Notes under the pieces: generated by a model
The model's input: only the letters and a program-made list of their open reading frames with translations
What the model was told of the DNA's origin: nothing
Database searches by the model: none
Translations under genes and position numbers: made by a program
From: a virus
Strand: one strand, 5' to 3'
Length of the DNA stretch: 64,000 nucleotides
Virus record (IMG/VR): IMGVR_UViG_3300008113_000108
Span: 57,418-121,417 of that record
In this document: positions 35,286 through 46,600 of the stretch, in pieces
How the letters are laid out: each line of letters begins with the position of its first letter
How positions within the stretch are numbered: the first letter of the stretch is position 1

Positions 35286-35505
35286 ATTCCGAGATAATAA
35301 CACTGGTGAGATCTTTGAGAAGTGGATGTATATGGCAGAGAGGGAACCTTATCTAAAAGAAAATCCACACATTAATCAGGTTCCCACTGGAATGTCTTCC
35401 GTCAGTGAAGTCGGGGATTGGAAAAATACCAAAGTACCTGGCTCATTTAAAGACGTTCTAGGACGCATCAAAAAATCATATCCTAATTCCACATTTGAAG
35501 TATGA
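35272..35505 (+). CDS. FmdB-like small protein
   Basis: MPTYKF...TGE; usual position before phoH. Confidence 0.7.
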   Translation: MPTYKFRDNNTGEIFEKWMYMAEREPYLKENPHINQVPTGMSSVSEVGDWKNTKVPGSFKDVLGRIKKSYPNSTFEV

Positions 35506-36257
35506 CTAGTTCCCGCAGAAAGAAAAACGAATCCTCCTTTGCAGACCTATCTGCTAAAAAGGTCAGGAGAAAAAAGCCTATTGATCTAGAGCATATGGTT
35601 GATATTCAACCTCTGACTCCAGCTCAAGAAAAAGTATTTGAATCATACGCTCAGGATAAGAATTTATTTTTATATGGTGCGGCTGGAACTGGTAAAACAT
35701 TCGTTAGCCTATACCTAGCACTCAAAGATGTTCTAAACGAAAGAACACCATATGATAAAGTTTATATGGTTCGTTCTCTAGTTTCCACTAGAGAGATTGG
35801 CTTCCTTCCAGGAGATCATGAAGATAAATCAAGTCTTTATCAAATTCCATATAAGAATATGGTAAAGTACATGTTTGAAATGCCAGACGATGCATCATTT
35901 GAAATGCTATACGGCAATCTAAAGAATCAAGGAACAATTAGTTTCTGGAGTACTTCATTCATTCGTGGTACTACACTTGACAATGCTATCATCATTGTAG
36001 ATGAAAGTCAGAACCTAAACTTCCACGAACTAGATTCTATTATCACTAGGGTCGGACAAGATACCAAGATTATTTTCTGTGGTGATGTTCAGCAAACAGA
36101 CCTTATCAAGACTAATGAAAAGAATGGAATTCTAAACTTCATGAGTATTCTCAATACTATGGAAGAGTTTTCTATGATTGAATTTGGTATTCCTGATATT
36201 GTTCGTTCTGGTCTAATCAGAAGTTATCTAATTAGTAAACTTAATTTGGGATTCTAA
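35502..36257 (+). CDS. phoH: PhoH-like ATPase
   Basis: GAAGTGKT, IGFLPG, RGTTL, DESQN, GDVQQTDL. Confidence 0.96.
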   Translation: MTSSRRKKNESSFADLSAKKVRRKKPIDLEHMVDIQPLTPAQEKVFESYAQDKNLFLYGAAGTGKTFVSLYLALKDVLNERTPYDKVYMVRSLVSTREIGFLPGDHEDKSSLYQIPYKNMVKYMFEMPDDASFEMLYGNLKNQGTISFWSTSFIRGTTLDNAIIIVDESQNLNFHELDSIITRVGQDTKIIFCGDVQQTDLIKTNEKNGILNFMSILNTMEEFSMIEFGIPDIVRSGLIRSYLISKLNLGF

Positions 36258-36259
36258 TA

Positions 36260-36922
36260 GTGTTTGTACATCTAAATAATGCTTCTTTGATTGATTTAGT
36301 CGCAGAGACTACCGAAAGCGGAAGGGTCTATGTTACTCCAGAGGGTAACAAGTATCCTTCCGTTACTACTGTAATTGGAGCTAAATCAAAACAATCCATT
36401 CTAGAATGGAGAAAGCGAGTAGGTGAAGCAGAAGCAAATCGTATTTCTTCTAGAGCAGCTTCTAGAGGAACTTCTCTTCATTCTATGAACGAAGATTACC
36501 TAAATAATATATTCGATGAAGAGAAGTACAAAACCAAGGTACTTCCTCTATTCATGTTCAAGCACCTTAAACCGTTTTTAAACAAGATTAACAACATTCA
36601 TGTTTTAGAAGGTGCTCTATACAGCGACAGACTGCAACTGGCTGGACGAGTTGATTGCATTGCAGAATATGAAAATGAGCTTGCAATCATAGACTTCAAA
36701 ACTTCTACTGAACCTAAAAAGCGGGAATGGATTGAAAATTACATTGCACAGGAGTGTGCATATGCTATGATGTACTATGAACGCACTGGAATCAAAGTCA
36801 AAAAACTAGTGACTCTGATTGCTTGCGAGGATGGAGAGGTTCAAGTTTTTCAAGAGTATGATATTAAAAAGTATATGAGTGTGTTGATGTCATACATCAA
36901 CCATTGGAAAGAAACCCACTAA
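36260..36922 (+). CDS. PD-(D/E)XK exonuclease
   Basis: YPSVTTV, RGT..H, AGRVDC, IDFKTS, Q..AY. Confidence 0.88.
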   Translation: MFVHLNNASLIDLVAETTESGRVYVTPEGNKYPSVTTVIGAKSKQSILEWRKRVGEAEANRISSRAASRGTSLHSMNEDYLNNIFDEEKYKTKVLPLFMFKHLKPFLNKINNIHVLEGALYSDRLQLAGRVDCIAEYENELAIIDFKTSTEPKKREWIENYIAQECAYAMMYYERTGIKVKKLVTLIACEDGEVQVFQEYDIKKYMSVLMSYINHWKETH

Positions 36923-36934
36923 TTTCAGACTCTA

Positions 36935-37273
36935 ATGGATCAAAGTAAAAAACTAAAAAAGACTGGTAAAGATCCAGTAAAACCCGAAAGTTTTTACAAG
37001 AACTCTCCGTGTGTATCTGAATCTTTTGAACAAATTATTGAGGACAAGTTTATGACTACTGCGAAATTTTCTATGGAAGTTGAGGAGATTGTAAAGACAA
37101 ATCAAGGAGGAATTAATTACATTGAAGCAATATTAATTTATTGTGAAAAGTATGATATTGAATTGGAGAGTGTTTCCAAATTGATTTCAAAACCACTAAA
37201 AGAAAAACTTAAAGTTGATGCACAACGCATGAACTTTATGAAGAAAACTTCTAGGGCACGGCTTCCTCTATGA
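36935..37273 (+). CDS. gp33: late transcription coactivator
   Basis: YIEAI..YCE...E.V.KLISKPLKEKLK.DA...NF. Confidence 0.88.
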   Translation: MDQSKKLKKTGKDPVKPESFYKNSPCVSESFEQIIEDKFMTTAKFSMEVEEIVKTNQGGINYIEAILIYCEKYDIELESVSKLISKPLKEKLKVDAQRMNFMKKTSRARLPL

Positions 37274-37857
37274 ATGGATTTGAAGTTTACAAACTTTACC
37301 TCGCTATAAAATTACATTTTACTTCAGATAGTTACAACTATTTTACCTTCAACGGAAAAACAAGAACTACTCTTCAATCTTTTGAAAAACGAAGAGACAA
37401 ATATTTTTTTAAAAAACTAGCAACAAAATTTAGTCAAGAAGAACTAATACAATACTTTGTTGCTCACTTCGTACAGAATGAGGATACTTGGATTGGAGAC
37501 ATATCCAAGATAGAAAACTCTTCTGTATATTTGGAGTGGACAAAGAAAATACAGAGCATGTCATTTGTATTTTCTAATGATGTAGATCAGCTATTGAAAG
37601 ATTTAGAATTTGAACAAATATTCAAGGTTACTTCTACTCATCCACCTTTACTGAAGAAATACTTATCAAAGTCTATATCACTAGAGACTCTAGTTATCTT
37701 CAACAAATTGCTAAATTTTGTCAAAGATTTTGACAAGACTATTGCAGATCCTGTGGTCTGGCCAGAACTCAAAAGGAAGGTACTGAAATACGAACCTTTC
37801 CTTTTGGTAGACAAACCTAAATATAAACAGATACTTTTGTCGAAGGTAACGAACTGA
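37270..37857 (+). CDS. gp59: helicase loader
   Basis: YLAIKLHFT..YNYF, FEKRRDKYFFKKL, ISLET. Confidence 0.88.
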   Translation: MNGFEVYKLYLAIKLHFTSDSYNYFTFNGKTRTTLQSFEKRRDKYFFKKLATKFSQEELIQYFVAHFVQNEDTWIGDISKIENSSVYLEWTKKIQSMSFVFSNDVDQLLKDLEFEQIFKVTSTHPPLLKKYLSKSISLETLVIFNKLLNFVKDFDKTIADPVVWPELKRKVLKYEPFLLVDKPKYKQILLSKVTN

Positions 37858-38192
37858 TGTCTTTCTTTGAACAAGAATTAATTCGTGATGAATTAGAAGA
37901 AATGTCAACACTATATCAAGAGATTGCTTTCTTGATGTATAGTCCACATGAAAAATCTGAAGATGATCGTAGAGAATGTTTAGATAAATTAGAAAGACTC
38001 GTAGAACTTCAAGAGCTTCTCTATTTTAGAGCAAAGTATTCTAGCGATACCGAAGCCGAAGAGTTTGTAGAAATGCTTCGTGCCTCAGCAGCTTTTCTCG
38101 GGGTGCCCTCGGACATTGATGTGTCACAAATCTTCATCCAGATGAAGGAGGACATTTCCAGAGCCAAGGAAAAGCTTGACAAATCTATCTGA
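37857..38192 (+). CDS. conserved cyanobacterial/cyanophage hypothetical protein (DUF1825-like)
   Basis: MSFF..E.I..E...Q...Y.R...S.D.EA. Confidence 0.7.
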   Translation: MSFFEQELIRDELEEMSTLYQEIAFLMYSPHEKSEDDRRECLDKLERLVELQELLYFRAKYSSDTEAEEFVEMLRASAAFLGVPSDIDVSQIFIQMKEDISRAKEKLDKSI

Positions 38193-38266
38193 ACCTGCTA
38201 CCATGGTCTCATGGGTTCGGGTTCACAGGCCAAATCCATTTAATCCAATCAATACGGAGAATACAC

Positions 38267-39166
38267 ATGTCATTTGCAACACTCAAGCGTAACTCAACCT
38301 CTGCTTTCGATAAGCTAACCCAGGAAATCGAAAAGATGTCCACCACTGAAGGTGGTGCTGATGAACGTTTCTGGAAGCCAGAGATGGACAAAGCAGGTAA
38401 TGGTTATGCAGTAATCCGTTTCCTTCCCGCTCCTGAAGGGGAAGATGTTCCTTGGGCGAAAGTCTGGAGTCATGCTTTCCAAGGTCCTGGCGGATGGTAC
38501 ATTGAGAATTCCCTAACTACCCTCAACAAGAAAGATCCAGTTGGTGAACTGAATCGTCAACTGTGGAACAGCGGTAGTGATAAAGATAAAGAGATTGCTC
38601 GTAAGCAAAAGCGTAAACTATCATATTACAGCAACATCTATGTAATCAAAGATCCTGCTCATCCAGAGAACGAAGGTAAAGTATTCCTTTACAAGTTTGG
38701 TAAGAAGATCTTCGACAAGATTACTGAAGCAATGCAACCTGCATTTGCAGATGAAACCGCCATCAATCCATTTGACTTCTGGACTGGTGCAGACTTCAAA
38801 CTCAAGCTTCGTAAGGTTGAAGGTTACTGGAATTATGATAAGTCTGAGTTTTCTGATCCTGGTACTCTAGGAGACTTCGATGATGATCAACTAGAGAAAA
38901 TCTATTCCAAGACTCACAGCCTTGCTCAGTTTACTGCAGAAGACAACTTCAAGTCCTATGAAGAACTTCAGAAGCGTCTAGATATGGTTCTGAATTCTCG
39001 TCCAGCACAACGAGTTGATCGTGAAACCTATGAAGATGAAGAAGAAACTACAGTAGAATCTTTCGCTGCTAGTGCTGCTCCTTCCTTCTCTTCACGTTCT
39101 ACCAGTAGCAATGACGATGAAGATGATACTCTGAGCTACTTTGCTCGACTAGCTGAAGAAGACTGA
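38267..39166 (+). CDS. gp32: single-stranded DNA-binding protein
   Basis: DERFWKP..DKAGNGYAVIRFLP, WYIENSLTT, acidic tail. Confidence 0.97.
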   Translation: MSFATLKRNSTSAFDKLTQEIEKMSTTEGGADERFWKPEMDKAGNGYAVIRFLPAPEGEDVPWAKVWSHAFQGPGGWYIENSLTTLNKKDPVGELNRQLWNSGSDKDKEIARKQKRKLSYYSNIYVIKDPAHPENEGKVFLYKFGKKIFDKITEAMQPAFADETAINPFDFWTGADFKLKLRKVEGYWNYDKSEFSDPGTLGDFDDDQLEKIYSKTHSLAQFTAEDNFKSYEELQKRLDMVLNSRPAQRVDRETYEDEEETTVESFAASAAPSFSSRSTSSNDDEDDTLSYFARLAEED

Positions 39167-39173
39167 TAATATT

Positions 39174-39198
39174 AAAGGGGGCGCAAGCCCCCTTTTTT
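39174..39198. terminator. terminator between convergent genes
   Basis: AAAGGGGGC-GCAA-GCCCCCTTTTTT. Confidence 0.85.
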
Positions 39199-39833
39199 CA
39201 TGGAGTCTCGGATAATCTAACTCCAGCAGAATCAATCTTGTATTGTGTATCGTAGGCAAATAGAGTTTCAATTTCTTCCTTCATCACGCTCAAGAACTCT
39301 GGCTTGATTAAAAAGATATCTCTTTTCTTTTCGTTTTCTCTGTACTCAAATTCTCTATTAGTTATTCTATCCATGACCATCGCACCGCTCAAATTATTGA
39401 ATGTGAATGATGGATAGTAATTGACGTTTTGTTGTTCAGTTCTACCTTCATTGTATTCAATAATTACTCCTCCTTCAAGAATTACACTATCACCATTATA
39501 GATTGTCTTTGTTTCCCAATATCTAACATTATTTTGAGTATTGCCATACTTCTTTTCAATTGCCAGATCTAACTCATAGTCAGATACTGGCCAGTCATTG
39601 TGAACATCAATGATATTGTTTAGAATTAAAATAGTCCAGTACCATTCTGGAGATCCATAAACTCTATTGGAAATGATTTCTGGAGTTTCTCCTGTCTGAA
39701 TAGTATACCTAGTTGATGCTACATACAGAGCATTTAAGTTGTCTCTAAATCTAACTCTGCGAAATAAATTTTTTGATAACTTAACACCACCTTTATAAGG
39801 ATAATAGAAGTTTGGTTGTGAATCAAAAAACAT
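39198..39833 (-). CDS. gp53: baseplate wedge protein
   Basis: GETPEIIS..YGS...W.IL..N.I......WP...KY; ENEKKR.I. Confidence 0.88.
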   Translation of the reverse strand: MFFDSQPNFYYPYKGGVKLSKNLFRRVRFRDNLNALYVASTRYTIQTGETPEIISNRVYGSPEWYWTILILNNIIDVHNDWPVSDYELDLAIEKKYGNTQNNVRYWETKTIYNGDSVILEGGVIIEYNEGRTEQQNVNYYPSFTFNNLSGAMVMDRITNREFEYRENEKKRDIFLIKPEFLSVMKEEIETLFAYDTQYKIDSAGVRLSETP

Positions 39834-39834
39834 T

Positions 39835-40824
39835 TTAGTATCCTCCGTTTTGATCTAAGACATTATCTGCAGTAATGATCTCAGTTTCTGCAAAGCTTAG
39901 ATTCAAATCATACGCAACAGGTGCAGGACCACTTAGCCCATTTCCGTTGGCTAGATGTGTAGCCCATACATTATCTGGTGTATAGTTTACTGATACAGAT
40001 TTGAGTACACAAGGTTTAATTTTTGGTAGTGATTGAATTACTACATCTGAAGTCCCAGCCTTTACCCATCTAAGATCAAATATATTAGGAACAGTTAGCC
40101 ATCTATCACTCAATCTTGCAGTTGATGAAGTGTTCTCAGTTGTTTGTTGAAATCCTCCACTGCTGCTATAGTTTGGAAGTGAGTAGTATCTGAGAGCCTT
40201 GATGATTCTATGAATTCTTGATTGCTCTGAATTGTTTCTAGGAACTAGTTTCCAGGAAAAGTTAAATTCTCTTACTGCGATTCCTTTGAATACTTGTTCA
40301 ACGTAAGGGTTTAAAATTTTTCCGCCAACTCCTTGAGTGAGAAGCTCTGCACTAGGAGCACCAGGAACCTTCTGAAGCTCCTTTAGAAGCACCTCTGGGA
40401 TCCCTCCTGCTGCGAGCTGGGATAGCTGCTGACCAATATTGGATCCCCCCGCTGCCGCTGCTGCAGCCAACGCTGGAGCCATTTTCCCTACGATCCCAGC
40501 ATTATCAGTAGACCAACTTAACTGATCATCAAATTTAATATCATTAGGGATTGGAAGTAATACAGTTGATAGTTTCTTTCTATTTCTTGTAGATGTAACT
40601 CCGTTTGTAATCTGAGTTACTTGATTGACAGATTGAATATTTGACAGCGAAGTTACTTCAGTACCACCAGCTCTGCCCGACTTTGAGATAGGAACATATT
40701 CAAGTATGTCAAGCTTGAGCATATCGACCATACTATTTTTGTCTGGCCAATATAAATCATTTTGAAAGGCATTTTGTGCATAGTCTCCATTCGGATTACT
40801 ATAAGATTTACTTGCTGTTGTCAT
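39835..40824 (-). CDS. gp48: baseplate tail-tube cap
   Basis: LPIP, ILNPYVEQVFKG...R.F.FSWKLVPRN..E, CVL..VSVNYTP, LSFAETEI. Confidence 0.85.
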   Translation of the reverse strand: MTTASKSYSNPNGDYAQNAFQNDLYWPDKNSMVDMLKLDILEYVPISKSGRAGGTEVTSLSNIQSVNQVTQITNGVTSTRNRKKLSTVLLPIPNDIKFDDQLSWSTDNAGIVGKMAPALAAAAAAGGSNIGQQLSQLAAGGIPEVLLKELQKVPGAPSAELLTQGVGGKILNPYVEQVFKGIAVREFNFSWKLVPRNNSEQSRIHRIIKALRYYSLPNYSSSGGFQQTTENTSSTARLSDRWLTVPNIFDLRWVKAGTSDVVIQSLPKIKPCVLKSVSVNYTPDNVWATHLANGNGLSGPAPVAYDLNLSFAETEIITADNVLDQNGGY

Positions 40825-40859
40825 AAATATTTTATGATATGCCCTTTATATTAATATTT

Positions 40860-41297
40860 ATGAATACTTTAAAGGGAAAATACATCCCAAAAAACATTCA
40901 TAAGTATAAAGGCAACTATAGAAACATAATCTATAGGTCTTCATGGGAATTAAAGTTCATGAAGTATTGTGACACTAGACCAAATGTGCTAGAATGGGGA
41001 TCTGAGGAAATTGTTATTCCGTATAGATCTCCTTTGGACAATAGAATACACAGATACTTTGTAGATTTTTATGTTAAGATTCAAGACAGTGATGGGACTA
41101 TCACAAAGTATCTGATTGAAATAAAGCCAAGCAAACAAACAGTTCCCCCCAAAAAGCCTCAGAGACAAACTAAAGGTTATATCTATGAAGTTACTGAGTA
41201 TGTAAAGAATCAGGCTAAATGGAAAGCCGCTAAAGAATTCTGTGATGATAGAATGTGGAAGTTTAAAATCCTCACAGAGTCAGAGCTAAAGGTATGA
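40860..41297 (+). CDS. gp4: head completion nuclease
   Basis: KYKG....I.YRSSWE, WGSEE..IPY, HRYFVDF, EIKP, NQAKW. Confidence 0.92.
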   Translation: MNTLKGKYIPKNIHKYKGNYRNIIYRSSWELKFMKYCDTRPNVLEWGSEEIVIPYRSPLDNRIHRYFVDFYVKIQDSDGTITKYLIEIKPSKQTVPPKKPQRQTKGYIYEVTEYVKNQAKWKAAKEFCDDRMWKFKILTESELKV

Positions 41298-41854
41298 AAA
41301 GAGAAGTATCGGCTAGGACAAGGAAAGATACAAATCTGAATATATTTCAGCAGGTAGATGCTCTTGTTAAAAATGAGAAGGGATTTGGGACAAAGAGTTA
41401 CAGTTGGTATAAAGAAAATGTCGCAGCAGTAGCTAAGAAAAATGACATTTATAAAACCTTAGTTACTCTGGATGAAACTTTAGTTCCTAGTGGAGGTGTT
41501 TTATATTTGTTTGAGTATAATGCTACATGGGCAAGGAAGCTTCCATATTATGATGAATTTCCATTGGTCTATATGTTGCAAGGTGGAAGAAAATTTTTTG
41601 GAGCAAATCTACATTATCTAAATTATCCTACCAGATACAAAGTATTAAAAAGTATTATAGATGGACGACCAACAATTCCGAAACAGTGTTTTCATAATTA
41701 TGTTTATGAAGGTCTTGAAACACCGCTATTTAAAATAAATAGTGAAGATTGGATGAAATCTATCTTCCTGCCATTGGAAAGTTTTGTCAGCAGGCAAAGA
41801 GGATCATATAAACAAGTAAGTAAATCCTTTGTTTGGGGAGATTCAAAACGATGA
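41294..41854 (+). CDS. gp2: DNA end protector-like protein
   Basis: LPYYDEFPLV...FGANLHYL; follows gp4. Confidence 0.8.
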   Translation: MKREVSARTRKDTNLNIFQQVDALVKNEKGFGTKSYSWYKENVAAVAKKNDIYKTLVTLDETLVPSGGVLYLFEYNATWARKLPYYDEFPLVYMLQGGRKFFGANLHYLNYPTRYKVLKSIIDGRPTIPKQCFHNYVYEGLETPLFKINSEDWMKSIFLPLESFVSRQRGSYKQVSKSFVWGDSKR

Positions 41855-42681
41855 GTACAATTATAAGTACTGATATTCAAAATTTTAATGACTTTAAATC
41901 CTACGTAGGACGTTATGGATTTTCATTAAATAACTTTTATGACGTGCAATTCCTCTTGGCAAATAATGGCAATAGTTTTCTACAAAGTATTTTTACCAGA
42001 GGTCTAGCTACCAATAGTGGTTCTGGTCAGGGCATATCTACTCTGATGAGACTGTATGCAGATGAGTGTACCATTCCAGGATACTCTATTGCTACAGGAG
42101 ATTTCAGAATTACGAACAGTCCTAACATGAAATATGGTTATGGAATTGTCAACAATGAAATTACGATGTCATTTATATCCGATGCAGATGCAGAAATACG
42201 AAAGACATTTGACTCCTGGGGAAACTTTATTTACTCTAGTGTGTCATCTGCAACGGATCAATCAAACCCATTGAACATTAATTCTACAGATCAATTAGGA
42301 AGAACCAGATATAAAGACGAATACGTTTTGGACATTGCTATCATCAAGCTTGAGAGATATGGAAGTAGTGTTAGAAATTTTGCTAAGAATCCTTTAGATA
42401 GGCTTTCCCCTGGAAGGACAGTTCCTCATTCTAGATTATTCCCTGGAACTGATACTTCAGCTCTTCAGATGGTGAAGTCTGGTTTTGGAGATGCAATTCA
42501 AAAATATTCTATGAGATTGCAGAATTGTTTTCCAACTACTATCTCTGCAATTCCTTTGAATAGTGGGTCTTCACAACTTGTTAAAATTCAAGTTACATTT
42601 GAATATGATCTAGCAGTACCAACATCTCAGACTGGAGGAACTGCAGATGCAACTGGTAAGTGGAAGACTGTTATTGGGTGA
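41851..42681 (+). CDS. tail tube/baseplate tube initiator (gp54/gp19 family)
   Basis: C.IPG, F..W, L.NCFPTTISAI.L, VTFEY. Confidence 0.7.
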   Translation: MSTIISTDIQNFNDFKSYVGRYGFSLNNFYDVQFLLANNGNSFLQSIFTRGLATNSGSGQGISTLMRLYADECTIPGYSIATGDFRITNSPNMKYGYGIVNNEITMSFISDADAEIRKTFDSWGNFIYSSVSSATDQSNPLNINSTDQLGRTRYKDEYVLDIAIIKLERYGSSVRNFAKNPLDRLSPGRTVPHSRLFPGTDTSALQMVKSGFGDAIQKYSMRLQNCFPTTISAIPLNSGSSQLVKIQVTFEYDLAVPTSQTGGTADATGKWKTVIG

Positions 42682-42713
42682 CTAAATAATTTTAAATTAT
42701 ATTATAATTTACT

Positions 42714-43424
42714 ATGCCTTTACCTAAATTAGTTGCGCCGACTTATGAGTTGGAACTTCCTTCAACTAGTCAAAAAATTAAGTATCGTCCATTCCTAGTT
42801 AAAGAAGAAAAAATTCTTCTCCTCGCTATGGAATCTGAAGATGAAAAGCAAATGATCAACGCAGTTCAGACTATTCTCAAGAACTGCATTCAAACTAAAT
42901 TGAAAGTAGAAGATCTTTCTATTTTTGATATTGAATATCTTTTCCTCAACATTCGTGCTAAGTCAGTTGGAGAAGAAATTGAACTGAATATCACTTGTCC
43001 TGATGATGGAGAAACTACTGTTCCTGTAACAATTAATGTTGAGGACATTAAAGTTCAAAAGTCAGATGATCATGAAAAAATTATTGCAATGAATGATTCT
43101 ATTTCCATTACCATGAAATATCCAAGCATGGAAATGTTTGTTCAAAACAACCTATCTGGTAATGTGAAGACTGAAGACATTTTTGAAATTGCTTCTTCTT
43201 GTATTGATCAGGTTGTTGATGGTGAAGAAGTGTATGAAGTCAAGAGCTTCAGCAAAAAAGAAATCAATGAATTCTTGGATAGTCTTGATACAAATCAGTT
43301 CATGAAGATTCAGAAATTCTTTGAGACCATGCCTAAATTAAGTCACACAGTCAATGTGACTAATCCAAACACGAAAAAGGATAACGAAGTTGTTATTGAG
43401 GGTCTTGCATCTTTTTTCGCATAG
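42714..43424 (+). CDS. gp26: baseplate hub assembly protein
   Basis: MPLPK...PTYEL.LPS..IKYRPFLVKEEKILL, IRAKSVGE, EGLASFF. Confidence 0.9.
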   Translation: MPLPKLVAPTYELELPSTSQKIKYRPFLVKEEKILLLAMESEDEKQMINAVQTILKNCIQTKLKVEDLSIFDIEYLFLNIRAKSVGEEIELNITCPDDGETTVPVTINVEDIKVQKSDDHEKIIAMNDSISITMKYPSMEMFVQNNLSGNVKTEDIFEIASSCIDQVVDGEEVYEVKSFSKKEINEFLDSLDTNQFMKIQKFFETMPKLSHTVNVTNPNTKKDNEVVIEGLASFFA

Positions 43425-43606
43425 CTCTAGCACATGAGACGCTAGAAAATTATTTTCGGATTAACTTTATATTATTGCAGCATCATAAATGGTCACTAAC
43501 TGAAATTGAAACTATGCTTCCATGGGAAAGAGATGTTTATGTTCAGATGTTAATTGATTTTATTGAAGAAGAAAATAATCGAAATAAAACTTCTCAGCCT
43601 CTATAG
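43418..43606 (+). CDS. gp51-like hub assembly ORF without its own start codon; probably reached by -1 frameshift from gp26
   Basis: RIALAHETLENYFRINFILLQHHKWSLTEIETMLPWERDVYV...; slippery T-TTT-TTC at 43412-43418. Confidence 0.7.
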   Translation, partial: RIALAHETLENYFRINFILLQHHKWSLTEIETMLPWERDVYVQMLIDFIEEENNRNKTSQPL

Positions 43607-43609
43607 TAA

Positions 43610-46600
43610 ATGGCAATTTCACTCTTTAGTCTAAAGAAATCTCCTACACAGAAAGTAACTTCTTTCATAGATCCAACTAAGTTTGGTGGGGCAGCTTCTG
43701 GTGGGAGAAAAAGATTACAGAGTGAAGTTGTCGAAGCTAAAATTGCAAATAAAGAAGTAAAAGAATTAGGGTATATCAGAAGAGCACTAGAAACTTTAGT
43801 AAGCATTGAAAAAAGACATTACGATTTAGTAACAGATTCTATTAAACAGTTTGTCCTATCTGAAGAAAAGAGACAAGCTAGAGAAGAAGAGTCCATGCAG
43901 GAATCTTCCAAAGATAAAGAGAAAAATAAAAAGGAAGAAAAAAATCCATTAGTAAGAGAAGGCAAAAAAAGACTTGAAGGATTTGGTGAATTCCTTCAAG
44001 GATTGATGAAGATGTTCATCGGGTATAAAATTTTAGAGTGGGCATCTAAACCAGAGAACGGAAAGAAGATTCAAAATATAATTAACTTCTTTGGAAGACT
44101 GTTTAAATTTATAGGTGTTATCGGAAAAGGAATTGCAATTGCATTTGGAGCAACTCCGATAGGAATAGTTTTAAATAATCTTCCAAAGGCATTTGATCTT
44201 GTAATCAAAGTAATAGGAGGAATTGTAGATTTTCTCACATTCAAATGGATGGGAGAATCTATACAAAATGTTGGAAAATTAATTGGTGATTCGATTAATG
44301 TACTAAAAATTATTCCTGAAAGTATTGGCAAGGTCATTGATTTTGTTACAAATTTAATTCCCAACTTCATTGAAAATGTTTTAACTGAGGGATTGTTTGG
44401 AAGTCAGAAGCAACTACAACAAGAATTAGATCAATCAGAAAAGACTGGAACTGCAACTTCAGGTTCGGACACTGGAGGAGCACCTAATCAACAAACACCT
44501 CAAATAGATTTTGGAAAAGTTTTAGGTGATTCAATTAAAGGAGTTGCAAGTAAAGTTCTAGAGAACGTAATTCCAGGCGGCAAATTTATATCTGATGTTG
44601 GGAAAGGAATCTCAGGATTGTTTGGCGGGGATAAAGATCTTCCTAAGTTAGCCAAGGGTGGCATTGTAACAAAACCAACTGAAGCCATTGTTGGGGAAGC
44701 TGGTCCTGAAGCAATTTTACCATTAGATAAACTAGGGTCATTTGGAATTGCAGACTTCAAAGGAAAAGTTGATAAACAAATTCCTAAGTTCATCAAACTA
44801 TTGACCCTTCCATTTAAAATTATTGGTGCTGGAATTGTAGCGCTCATTTCATCTAGTGTATCAAACATTCCTGGTTTGGGTCCAGTATTGATGCCATTAA
44901 TTTCAAACGTTGCTTCAATGTTTGGCATTCCACCTTCATTAGTCAAGGGAATGTCTAACTTTGCTGCGGCGGCAGTATCTACTGTCGGCAAAGGAATATC
45001 AGGTGCAGCTGAAATCTTTGGATCCAAGGAACCAAAGATTCAAAAGACAGATGAGTTTAAACCATCTGGAGATACATCCGTCAGAGGATTGTTGGGTGAC
45101 ATTTTAACTGCATTGATAAGCAAGAATTCATCCGATACAAAACCTACTCAAACTCCATCAGCTCCTCCTGCGGGAGCATCCCCAGCTCCATCAGCAGCTC
45201 CAACTTCTGGTGCTCCTGCGATGCCACCAAACGCATCTATGGCAAAGCCAGGTGAAGCATCTGTTCAGAACCTAGAAGGAACTGTATCAGATTTACAGAA
45301 GAAAGGATTTAAGTATGTTAATAATACTGCAAATAGATTCTTCCAAGATGAACAGGGAAGATTATATGAGGCAGCTAGGACTGGATCTACTTTAGCTGGT
45401 GCAGATAAATTTAAACTAAAGGCAGTAACTCAAGAACAAATTGATAAAGGATTCACTGCTGCTGGAAGTGAGAGAACTACTGGCAGCAGAAATAATCAAG
45501 AAATTCAAAGACAATTAGAAATGTTCCGAATCATCAATGAAGGAGGAACACTGAGAAAACAAACCACTGGATCTGAAACTCAAGTCAAGCAAGATGGTAA
45601 GTGGCAAAATAAAGCTACTGGTGGAAATATTCATGGGTTTGGGGATGGCGATAAGTATCCAGCATTACTAGAGGCTGGAGAGTACGTTCTAAACAAAAAT
45701 GCTGTTAAAGGAGTTGGGGGACAAAAGTTCCTAGACAAAATTAACTTTGATATGTTCCCAAGATTTGGAAATGATATCTCAAGACTATATGATAATGATA
45801 AGGTAGTTACTAGAACATATGCAAATGGAGGCATTATTGCTGCAGCAAAACAAGCAGTGTCTCAGGGAAAGAGAGGTCCAGCATCTCCTCCATGTGCTTC
45901 ATGGGTTAGAATGGTTCTAGGTATGGCTGGTAGTCCAGCGGCAAATAAAGTTACTGCAAAAGGAGATCTAGATCCAGAGAAGAAAACCTGGGGTCCTAAC
46001 ATGGCAGCTTCATTTGCTGGTAGTGATATGGGTGAAATTATTGGAAGTCAGGGAAATCTTCAGCCAGGTGATGTGGTCTTACATAGAAACACATATGGGA
46101 ATTATCCTGCAGGTGCGGTAACTCACGTATCTATTGCATCTGAAAAGAAAGGTAAAATTTACCATCAACCAACTTCTGGGGCACCACCAACAGAAGGAAG
46201 TATTTGGAACTTTAAAGCAGGTATTAGATTAGGCGGAAGCGGAGGAACACTTCCTACAAGCACTACTTCTGGTGGAGGGGGTGGTGATTCTTCTTCAACT
46301 CCAGATTGGTCATCCATTGGAACTGAACTTGGAAATCTATTTAAAACAATGAATACTCCAGTTCAAGCAGAACCTCAAGAACCTCCTAAAATAACTGCCT
46401 CAGTTCCTGCAACTTCTCAGAGACTACAATCTGCACAAAAGGAAAATGTCAAGATAGAAGCTGAGAAAAGAGTTGCTGGGAAAAAATCTACTGGTAATGT
46501 TGTTACAATTGGCGATCCAAATAGAACTATTACGGAGTCAAATACTAAAGCAATAACTCAACCTTTAGGTGGAACTACTCCTCCAATTCCACTATCTGTC

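Noticed and set aside
36260-36922. Cas4 as part of a CRISPR system
   Set aside because: It is the standard T4-like phage exonuclease next to phoH, with no cas genes and no Fe-S Cys cluster
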